From Schizochytrium sp. TIO01 (Eukaryota; Protista; Bigyra: Labyrinthulomycetes), in contig SMSO01000037.1 of assembly GCA_004764695.1 (NCBI GenBank), forward strand, positions 1,588,747 to 1,652,746: a stretch of DNA of 64,000 nt. The letters run 5' to 3'. The translations under genes and the position numbers were made by a program. Each line of letters opens with the position of its first letter. The first letter of the stretch is position 1. The notes beneath the pieces are model-generated. The model searched no databases and was not told the origin of the DNA. It saw only the letters and a program-made list of their open reading frames with translations. Positions 10,501 through 19,440 of the stretch are shown here, one piece after another.

Positions 10501-12786
10501 TCTTAATTTCTCTACCCGTAAAGACTTGAGTTCTTCCATTGCAAGCGTGTCACAGAGACCTGCCCACGGCATACCAAGATCACCCGCTGATACTTTGATC
10601 TCGAGCTTCCTCAAAGTAAACGGTGAGGTGGCTGTAATTGCCCCAAGCATTGCATCCAACAGATCAGTAGAGCTGGTTACTTCTAGTTCGTGGATTCCGC
10701 CCAAGCCAGATCGAAAGGCACGCATGAAATGCTGCTTGTGCGAAGTCGAGTCAATGCATACACAAAGTCTAGATGATGATCGGGATGCCAGCGACTTCAT
10801 GAAGCGTTGAGCATAACCAGCTCTCTCGGCTGCTGTACAAGCTGGTGCCGACGAAGGACCCTGACTAAGATTCAACCGGCGAAGTTTAGATATTGTCCCA
10901 TCTTCAGTTCCGAAAGCAGGTAAGTCACGTAATGCTTCCTTGTACAAATTGTTGCTACCAAGATCAAGCGATTGTAGTGAAACATTTTCCTGTAATGCTG
11001 CAGAAATAATATCCCAACCTTCATTAATTGAATTGTAACTTAAGTCGAGGTGCTTAAGCACAGCATTTTGGCGTAGCATGTGTTGCAAAGAATCAGTAAA
11101 GTCCTCAGTGAGGCAGTTTGATGCTAAATTGAGGCCTATAAGACGATGATTTTCAGAGAGCTGCACCATTGCAATTCGCCCAAGAAGGTCGTTGATTTCG
11201 TTTGCAGAGAGGTCCAAAAATAATAATCTAGAGTCCGGACCTAGGAGATCTATCCATGGTGGTGCCACTGTGTCTTCAGCATTTCCAGCAGGGACAATAC
11301 CTGAGATACCAACCAAATTTTTACTCAGGTTGAGAGATTGCAGATCGCCTTTTCGATAGACCAGAGCAGCAGCTAAGTCTCCAGCGCCGCGGTCCGATAT
11401 TCCAGTGTCACTGAGATCAAGAGAGATAAGGGACGGTAAAACCCCGTTAACAAGCTCTTTACATAGCGCCGTGCAGCCGGAGTCCCCAAGCTTGCTCTGC
11501 GAAAGATCGAGATGCCGGACACCATGAAAGGATCGGCAAAGAAGAGTTACGCTATGTGGCCTTTGGTTACTCTCCAGGCATGTCAGCCCAGAGAGCAGCA
11601 ACGAGCGCACTGAATTATTACTACGTCTTTCGGAAATCTTCCGCAGCGCTGAGCGAAATGAATTCTCCTTTTGACGTGCCAACCAGCTAGAAATAGGGGT
11701 CGCCTGGGCATATGGTTCGAATGTGAAATTTGGCCCAAGGTTGACTGTTACCGATGAAACATGGTGACGTGCAGAGGCCACTGAAAGTGCAGGGACAATA
11801 CCTTTCCAAAGAGCAAAGTCGTTAAATGCAAGGCCACACGGTTTCTGCCATTGACCATTTACGCTGAAATACATGACTTTTTGATCCAGGTCAACATAGC
11901 AACCAATAATATCGCCCGTTTTGCATCGTCGGCCAAACTCTTCCGCACGAGAATCGGCGATAATCTGAGCCTGAGAAGGGTCGTAAGCCCAACTGTAGAG
12001 GTTGTCGCCAACACCAGCCCCATGACCATCTTCAAAAGATGTTGCAACCCACCAAGTATCTGTCCACCCGATTCGGGCAGATGCCCATGAAGCCTCTCCA
12101 CACCACCCTGAGAGATCAACTTCGTAGTAAAAGCACCCTCGCCCTGTACGAAGTGGAGCCATTTCTTTGAGTGCTACAGTTGTAAAAGCCCCAGAAAAGG
12201 TGATATGAACTTTGCCATCTCCAGAACGCTCAAATTCGGCAGATCCAGACAGAACTTTGAACGGAGCCTGTCCCGATACCTCGTATGTTGAGGATAAATT
12301 AAGGCCTTCGCATGACGAGGTTCTATTTGCATCGATCAAGAGTGAAGCAAGGGTTTGTCCACTGAGAAACTCAGCGCCCTCAAGGTTAATAATGCGAGGA
12401 GCGTGATTTCCGCGTAGCGTTTTGGACAACTGCGCACTAACTTTTGTGGACAAAGTGCACCGTGAAAGATCAAGAAGATCAAATGTTTTTGTTTTGCGTA
12501 ATGCTGACCACAATTCGCGGCTATCAAGAAATCGGACTAGAAGATCATCTGGGCTTACAATTGCACCAAATTCATCCTGTGTGAGCATATAGAGGATTGC
12601 TCGCCGCAGGTGGATGTCCTTTTCGCCTTCAAGTTCATGGACACCATCGCCAAGGCCCAGTCGATCTTTATGACGTGATTCTGTAACCATGAGAGCTCTT
12701 TCACCAAGAAATCGTGCAACACCTGCAACTATACTGTTGCGTGTAAATGTAACGCGACGACTTCGCCGCTTTGACCCGTCGCTCAT
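7567..12786 (-). CDS. 1739-aa LRR-SPRY-LRR-LRR protein with C-terminal NEL-type (IpaH/SspH-like) E3 ubiquitin ligase domain and U-box-like tail
   Basis: Uninterrupted ORF. SPRY motifs (FYYEV, RIGW, GVGDNLYSWAYD, GDIIGCYVDLD, FSVNG, VNLG) at about 11720-12150. RI-like LRRs (LDLSQSKLGDSGCTALC, LDLSDTGISDRGAGDLA) at about 10230-11620. A second LRR class (LPxxLxVxxLxIxxCxxL) at about 8600-9930. NEL motifs (LEEAVKFW, DAIDSCSDK, ALGKRVMRL, DDVCVYLRYEISLREELDLPV, MLY, WPEW) at about 7830-8466. Confidence 0.88.
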   Translation of the reverse strand: MSDGSKRRSRRVTFTRNSIVAGVARFLGERALMVTESRHKDRLGLGDGVHELEGEKDIHLRRAILYMLTQDEFGAIVSPDDLLVRFLDSRELWSALRKTKTFDLLDLSRCTLSTKVSAQLSKTLRGNHAPRIINLEGAEFLSGQTLASLLIDANRTSSCEGLNLSSTYEVSGQAPFKVLSGSAEFERSGDGKVHITFSGAFTTVALKEMAPLRTGRGCFYYEVDLSGWCGEASWASARIGWTDTWWVATSFEDGHGAGVGDNLYSWAYDPSQAQIIADSRAEEFGRRCKTGDIIGCYVDLDQKVMYFSVNGQWQKPCGLAFNDFALWKGIVPALSVASARHHVSSVTVNLGPNFTFEPYAQATPISSWLARQKENSFRSALRKISERRSNNSVRSLLLSGLTCLESNQRPHSVTLLCRSFHGVRHLDLSQSKLGDSGCTALCKELVNGVLPSLISLDLSDTGISDRGAGDLAAALVYRKGDLQSLNLSKNLVGISGIVPAGNAEDTVAPPWIDLLGPDSRLLFLDLSANEINDLLGRIAMVQLSENHRLIGLNLASNCLTEDFTDSLQHMLRQNAVLKHLDLSYNSINEGWDIISAALQENVSLQSLDLGSNNLYKEALRDLPAFGTEDGTISKLRRLNLSQGPSSAPACTAAERAGYAQRFMKSLASRSSSRLCVCIDSTSHKQHFMRAFRSGLGGIHELEVTSSTDLLDAMLGAITATSPFTLRKLEIKVSAGDLGMPWAGLCDTLAMEELKSLRVEKLRFCTEEAEKTMSVSGFTSFAESIGRNVGLQELDFVRTPMSLSTMGKLTNALEKHNSIQKLRIQECNLASEQLTPLVGLVAKSNTLTSIAFSQGNDASKTLESLFTFLLSMSIEHRAERCREILLHGTAIDLESFRLTAVGLKLVHSDLAVLTALLKWIHLEVHHRSQGSVDISNTVTIDGLKLEHHTSSTLTLGKGIRFCGQLTLRKWPSAIHFSSNFPWQGIGIHLEDCIEISELPANLSLSTLVVKRCPNLQFLPADMRISTMLVLDGLPLITELPTVIDLLHFEIHHCAHLESIESIQVSETLVLTHCKSLRQLPDILQLEKLVIEHCESLNELGHLRINEHLRIRSTPLRTLPKGLQVSELIIAGCTELYDLPEDLVVRNLFKAKRCPLEAIPSGVRVDTIYIKNMPSLTHILEGVQVREKCSIYSCTNLNSLPSSFFNPSGRQSVSLRNVGLMKLPEGMNVDMCHIVQCSQLETSGSTFKVKRVLRIEQCGMLTIPHGIQVGDLVVYQCLNLISLPSDLVCRGNLRVDSCPSLELLPDVINLRGSLALRKLPSLVELPPNIRVRQSLDICDCTRLVHLPERLRVRILTMEDNPELQVVPESVRVTSSIKITNCSSLDTLPDSVIRHAQSIVVDETSPIGRDFDLEILRARCGALFTLLELDLGDSKGGRPRQHQTLEEAVKFWEDEAHLESHLSLQEVLDSFYHSSVLAFLNLLLRSAEFRRPDLREGLAKRVVELLQTLQDDPDGVREELLSRISDAIDSCSDKPIWALNDMYLITLVINARGDREALRALGKRVMRLQIVREHAAHHPGATQDDVCVYLRYEISLREELDLPVSAVAMLYRSFVNVTEEDINVAKEAALSVTDEQFEQWLVSWPEWERQIRSEVAQTIKYEDLPTDRLSKRLSLRAFSGEPMDQPVIFDRRGPWELPELLDRWIVTGMDFTNVHVEPDVFPNKLHRAIAAWSTESCDSESV

Positions 12787-13101
12787 TTTTGTTTGTCTCT
12801 CTTGAGTTTCAAAGATGTCCTATAGGTGGTCTCAATATTGCAGCCCTGCTCCTCTCGTACAGACCGATGACAGTGACTTGAGTGGCAACCTTCACGTTTA
12901 TATTGTGCTACTCCGGTAAGGACCTACTTTTGGGACGTCTCAAAAAATGAAGCAGTCACTTCTTCGAACTGCTGAGTTAATGCCGATGAGTTGAATACCT
13001 TTTCCACGGCACTGACAACACTTGACCTTCAAGCTGTTGTCCCGGATTTGTGTTCTGCAATGTTGTTCTTTTCACGGGTCTAACTCAATGGTTTGCTGCT
13101 T

Positions 13102-13143
13102 TGCTTGTTTGCATATGTGCTTGTTTGCATATGTGCTTGTTTG
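13102..13143. repeat. Short tandem repeat, 16-bp unit tgcttgtttgcatatg x about 2.6
   Basis: Read directly. Confidence 0.85.
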
Positions 13144-14610
13144 TCGTCACCAACTTGCAGAAACACAGTCCGCAAATTTGACGGATTACCTGTTTTTCCT
13201 TACCAATTTTTTAATTTTTTTAATTTTATTTATTTATTGTTTTTTTCTTTTTGAAGTCGAATAAGTGAGTGATGATGAGAGTGACAAATAACCCAAGGCC
13301 TGAATTAGACTTGCGTTGCTGGGATCATCGAAGCACGAAGAAGACCTTTCATTCGGGCGGGGAAAATCTCAACCTAAACAGCAGATGGGAGAAGGTGATG
13401 AAGATGACGATTATGCTGACATGACTTGCTGCATTTGTTGAGAGCGATTTGCTAGGGAATGGGGGGAGAACGTCCTCCCAGCTCGAGCGAGTGAAGAAAC
13501 ACAACGAGGTCGATCGACAGAATTGATTGGCTCCCTCGCGCGACCGTGGCCTTGAAACTTGCGCGCTCACCTGGCCACTTCCTTCTTTTGGAATGCACAC
13601 CTTATCCCATCTCAACTAAGAACACTAGGTACTATGATGATGCCTCAGAACGACACATTAACATTACCAGGAACTTCGGATTGAATACGTACGCGTGTTC
13701 GAGTCTACTCCCCCTAAGTGGGTATCTATCTATCTACCTACCTACATACATACATAAATACATTACATACATACCTACTCACCTCATACCTACTCGGCCT
13801 ACCACATGGCCATCATGAAAGGATTTGAGGCTTATGATGGTGCAACATTCAAGTTGGTGTTTAAGTTCCTTTTCTTTTCTGATCAATTTATTACTCTGTC
13901 CGAGTCTGATTCCACAGTAAGCCTTTTTTTTCTTTTCTCTTTCCTTTGATTGATGTTTATAAAAAATTAACTCAGTGATGGGTAGGGAAACAGGTAGCAG
14001 CATTAGAGGATAGCTTGCAATACTAGAGCTAAGTTATGTCACCCTCCTTTGAAATACAAAGTTAAAAGCAACACCGTGACTACCACCAGTAAGGGAAAGT
14101 AGTGGTAGGAAACAATGTCAGGGTTGTCCAATTTGTGAAATACAATGAATCAAGACCAAATAGAGTCCTGGAACGCTGCTTGCGGCGGCTAAAGGGTGAC
14201 GGCGATGCTCACTTCCCTAGGTAGCAATTTCTGGATGACTCTAGAGCTAAAAAATCTATTAACTTCAAAATAATCTATAAGTTTTTATCTGGGAGTGAAG
14301 ATAGTTCACAAAGTACCTACTACTACTGTTTGCAGTAATGACCACCATTGTTAACTAGCGCCCGACACTGATCTGCACGTGCTGGATCACTATTTTAAAA
14401 AGTTGATGGTAAATATGAGATGTTGCTGGTTTTTGAATAATATAAAAGAAATCGAGGTGCAAAATGGTTCTCTGGCGCATCACCGCTTTATGTGATGCAG
14501 CCTATGAAGATCACGGATCATCAGGCATCACGGTTGCGGGTGGCTTACTCAGAATTTGAGGAGGACTTGTCTTACCGTTCTGCCACCCTCTCACTCGAAT
14601 AGTAGGTATC

Positions 14611-14653
14611 TACCTACCTACCTACCTACCTACCTACCTACCTACCTACCTAC
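14611..14653. repeat. (TACC)10 tetranucleotide microsatellite
   Basis: Read directly. A related mixed TATC/TACC/TACA tract lies at about 13724-13795. Confidence 0.92.
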
Positions 14654-16643
14654 TCTTTTTAAATTTAAAACTTATTTCTAAAAAAACAAAACAAAAAACG
14701 CTACGTATAAAGCTGGCAGGCTGCTCGTCTCGTCATAAAGTTATGGGCTGTTGGTAAGGTAGCAGTCGCTAGTAGACGCCTACCTGCCTCGTAGCACTTT
14801 AGGTAGGAATTTTAAAGCTTAGCCTATGCATGTATAGAGAAACCAGAGTATCTTGTTAGCGGCTTGTTTGAACTGCTCACACACCTTCTTTCCTACTAAT
14901 ATGATGATTCTCGACACTTAAGGGAGAGCAGAATAGCTTGAATCTTCGGTGAGCAGAGCTATAGCATTAGCGAAGGTCCATAATACTTTATGCCTCTTCC
15001 GATTTAAGGACTTTATGGAGTTAATTCCAGCTTTTGAACAACATCATGATTTCCTCAAATAAGGAGACCTGCTCCTATGCAATACTAGATAGTTGTGGGT
15101 TGCGCATTGGTCAATTAAACATATCCGAGCACTTGCATCTACAACTGCAAGTCTATACTATTCTTTTAATAGTGGACTAGTAGATAATGCTTACGTACAC
15201 TAGTTAGGACTCATTTTTATCTTTCTTCTCATTTCTCAAGTTTGAGCGTGCGCCAATAATTTAATTTGCAGATTGATATGTTTTACTCCGAAAAACTTAG
15301 ATCCGTCTGCTATTATGCGAACCATCATGAGATCCCTCTTTCAATGACCAAATGGCATCTGCATTTTTTACTTGACATTTGGCGTTAACTGCAAGGTAAT
15401 CGTCGTGCAATAGAGTTATAGAGTTTTCTGTTTTGCCCAGAAGTTCACCTCATAAAAGGTTTGCCAACAAAGTGATCCCAACTTTGAAGATGCCATTGGA
15501 AAAGAAGAGCTGCGTAACTTGCAAATACCGTACACTTACCTCCTTATGGGAGACTATCGAACACTAATGATCTCCCAATTGCACCAATTAGAATTGTTGG
15601 CTGATTGCAAAACTAAGAATAGCCCTGAACTATATTTAATGTCAAGTCGTTCTCACTGAGATATCTAGTACTACCTACTTGAAGGTGTAGCGAGTGAGCT
15701 TATTGGTTGTGTGCAATTTGCAAGTTAAAGTGAAATTTTGCAAGGAAATGTCTGCCTTATTGGTCTTAAAAGTGAATTACATGGAAACTCTGTAGGGTGC
15801 AATATTGGAAATTAAAGGTATCGGGGTACCAGGCCATGAGCAAAACTTGAATTCCTTCGTGTGCGTGATCTCTACTTTGAGACCTGATTTGAACTCGTCT
15901 TTTAAACTCTAAGCATGCGTTTTACAGGTCTCGGTTACTGCAAATGAATAGTATTCTTTGTGGTCATGAAGATACTTTCATTTGAGTGTATGTTTGGCCC
16001 AGGGAGTTCGAGATCGTGCGACAAGGAATCTGCATTTGGTTTGCGTCATTTCAGAATATTCATCGCTGTCATTATGCAAGAAGACTCGCACTACAATGAA
16101 AAAAAGCATCTTGCTATTCCCCACACGAATTTAGTCACAGATCATTCTCTTATTTAAAGTTGATTGACAGAGGCATACAATTTATTCTACTCAGCATATC
16201 GCGTTTTAAAATGATGAAGATAGAGTATACTCTTCTGTTATTTCAAAATGTATAATCCATCGATGGCGCTAGATATTAACAGGTAGTATTTAAAAGATAC
16301 AGTGATCACTATATAAATTTGCCGCTGCACTGACCTACTTGTCGTACTTTATTTTTTAAATACACCTTCAATAGAGATTTCGTTTTGGAACTGGCTAGGC
16401 AACTTAACCAACGTGACTGTGTATGTAGCGTATAGTCGAAAACAACGACAACGATTACAACGACAAAGGCAACTAAGGTCCTAACTACTGCTAGTAATGG
16501 GTATGCACTGCTAAAACGTTACATTAAAAAAATAAAATAAGTCAGGATTTGAAAAGCCCAAGCCCATAGCAAAGGAAAGGCAATTTAAAATACTCAACAG
16601 ATACGAAAGATCCATCCAGGAGGATAATAGACACTGTCACACA

Positions 16644-17566
16644 ATGGCGCCTGCCGCGCTGCAGGAGGCAGCAGATGCTTTGGCTTCCGTCTCAGAAAAC
16701 GACAAGTGGAATGCAGTAAAGGTACGTGAGGCAAAACCAGTAGAGTATTTTATACTGGATTCAACCACCAGGAAAGGAGACTTGCGAACAGCCAGCCCTT
16801 GGCAGAGAGAGCCTGGTTTGTTGAGACTCAGCTCACGTGCATACCTCGATCGAGGCTTTTGCATTACTACAGCCCATTGAAGGTTCAGATTGCTGTGCTA
16901 TAGTGCGCAAAAAGCATATATCTTGATACCGTGCTTCTTCAAATAAGATCACTAACATTTTGCGCAAGTTTATTGAAAACACAGCTCACTCTATTATTCA
17001 ATGCAGTGATTGGTTTCGGGTTCTTCATTGGATCTCTATTTCTAGACTCGAAATGGGGCAGTGGAGCATCTTTTCAAGCTGTTTTCACCTCTATGATTCA
17101 TGAAGTTTACACTTTGTATGTGCTGCATCTAGTAAACCGTCAAGATATTGGAGGTCAAGCTGATTTCCTGGGAGGAATCAATGTAATGATGAACGTTCTT
17201 CTTCTGCAAACTGCGGCCCTATGGGGGGACTTAGCCGGCGGACTTAACATTACCAACGGGACTATCTGTATTGTAGAGGCTTCTACTTCAGAACGCTTTA
17301 TTGCTGTAGTCTCAACCCTCCTTTTTATTGTTCATCTGGCCCTTACAGGTATGGTCGTCTTTTGGAGGAATGATCTTGTGCGTAACACAACATATGTTCA
17401 ATACAACCAGCCTGCAGATTTTGAAGCTGGTCATCACAGCAGGGTAGATGTGCAAGCTAACATAAATGCATCCCCGAGTTACCAAAGCGGTGGTCACCCC
17501 GGAAATCAGCAACATCCCAAGAGACAATTTATTATTGATGATGAAGATGCAGACGCAGAACTGTGA
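16644..17566 (+). CDS. Two-exon gene (16644-16721 + 16985-17566) for a ~219-aa four-TM membrane protein of unknown function
   Basis: Donor AAG|gtacgt at 16722, branch-like cactaac at about 16950, acceptor acag| at 16984. The phase-0 join gives ...KWNAVK-LTLLFNAVIGFG... Four hydrophobic segments and a hydrophilic C-terminal tail. Confidence 0.75.
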
Positions 17567-18754
17567 ATCAAGGCAATGGTCTGTACGTAGCTACCAAAGT
17601 CTCTCTCGAAAGAGTGCTTGGAACTACTTGCTCACTCAATGTTCTCGTAGGAAAGTAACTCGAAATCAGCATTGTGTAGTTAAAGATTGATTATGACAAG
17701 CAAGTTTTCTTAACGCTATGAGATGGTCCAACATTGTATCACGGTAGGAATGTAATTTCTCTGTGAGAAGTTGCTCGATCATTCGCTTTACAAGAACAAT
17801 TCGGCACTTGGCATAACTTCAGCATCATGTTTACTTGGCCAAGTATTATAAAGTCGAAAGGTCTATACTCCTTGAGGCTGTTAAGTTTCGCACAGGTTTT
17901 TAATTTGTCTCCATTTTGGTCGCGCACAGAGGTCTAACTGCTACGAAAGTCCAATCTATATTACCATATTGCACCGCAAGAAGGCCTCCAGTTTCCATAA
18001 TGATCATTTTTCTATATGATAGATTTTAAAGAAGCAGATAATTTCAGGCCCTTGGCGCTTCCAATTGCGTTCGACGTTATTACGTTATTACCTTTTGCCT
18101 TCTATGGTAGTCTGAGAATGGTAGTGACGCGTTTGTCCTGGTACGTGTTTAACCACTTGGTTTTGGAAAAGTACAATTGATGAAGGTGATGTCAATTGAA
18201 AAAGTAGACTCTACTTCACCAATTATCAATCTAATACAAACGGAATTTTGATGACAAACGGGCATTATTGTGGTGAAATGCGGTACCTATATCGGAGGTT
18301 TATTCTCCATACCAGATGTTAGGCCCACTTGAGCAACAAACACCCTTTCTTTTTCCCTTTACTCAATTAGAATTACAAGTCATGATAGACCAGCGAAGTT
18401 CAAATACTTCGTGTTTAGCTGAGCAAGCTATTACAATTGCCTCCTGTCCGATTGCCACTCTCTGGCTATAGCCAGAGGAGAATACTTTGCAAATTATTTC
18501 TCTAAGTATAGTTCTTTGGGAATACTCCCCGTGTTCCCTGTATACCCGTTTCGCCTTATTGAAATCGCTATGTGGTAGTAATAAATAGACAACGTCAAAC
18601 TAGCAGGTGTACTTAGGCAAGAGCGCATTTTAACCTGAAGATTCATCAAATCAGCACATAGAGGGCATCGGCCTCATATATAGAACCACGTGGCAAGGTA
18701 TTACTGCTCGAAATACGCTGTTGCGGAGCTTGGGCAAGTACTCTTGCAAACACA

Positions 18755-19279
18755 ATGGACCAGAGTTTGCGAGAAATGGAAACTGGGCTACAGCTCTTGG
18801 ACCTCGTTGTGGAGCAGAATCGGGCCCGCAAAAGAGAGGCTTCCAGGAGAGCAGCCTGGGCTATTGAAGATGTGAACAAGTACTCAGAGCAACAATGTTG
18901 CGTTGAACACGATGAAGAGTCTAAATACTTATCTGGTCGGTTGGATGGAGCATATAAGCAGTCTAATTCTGCAAATAATACTCACCACGAAGAAGTCAAG
19001 AGCGAGGAACGTGACACTCAGACTTTATCCTGGGTCGCAGCAAGCCTCACTAAATCTGATCCTATCCGAGGAGAAGAATTCACAGTATATGCACCCAAGC
19101 AACTGTGTTTATCAGATGTGATGGCGCGCCGATCTCGGGTCAAGCAATTAGCTTTAACGCCCCCACCTGTACAGCTGCGTAAACCGCAGCCAACCCCATC
19201 TCTCATAGAACGTAATGAGGCCAGAAAAAAGCAAGAGGACAGCTTGCCCGAGTGGGTGCAATCTCGCCTTTTATCATAG
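18755..19279 (+). CDS. Hypothetical protein, 174 aa
   Basis: ATG-initiated ORF with protein-like charged composition, convergent with the next gene; no recognisable domain. Confidence 0.5.
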   Translation: MDQSLREMETGLQLLDLVVEQNRARKREASRRAAWAIEDVNKYSEQQCCVEHDEESKYLSGRLDGAYKQSNSANNTHHEEVKSEERDTQTLSWVAASLTKSDPIRGEEFTVYAPKQLCLSDVMARRSRVKQLALTPPPVQLRKPQPTPSLIERNEARKKQEDSLPEWVQSRLLS

Positions 19280-19440
19280 AAATTTATTACGAAAGGGACG
19301 AATTCTACGAATTTCATTCTAGAATTGACACTTGTCCTCTCTAAAACTAAATGCGAGCATTATGTCACACTTCCATTTTACCTAGATTAACAAAGGATGT
19401 GAGTGGCGAAATTATTAATAATGTAACATATTATTATTTC

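Noticed and set aside
7567-12786. Possibility that the LRR protein is a classical NLR, or that the NEL gene is bacterial contamination
   Set aside because: No P-loop/NACHT/NB-ARC Walker A motif is visible. The NEL domain is in the same reading frame as eukaryote-type SPRY and RI-like LRR domains and is flanked by eukaryotic genes, though read-level confirmation is still advisable.
18460-18477. Perfect 18-bp palindrome ctctggctatagccagag
   Set aside because: One such palindrome in 64 kb is not far from chance expectation (about 0.25 for uniform composition), and there is no supporting context.
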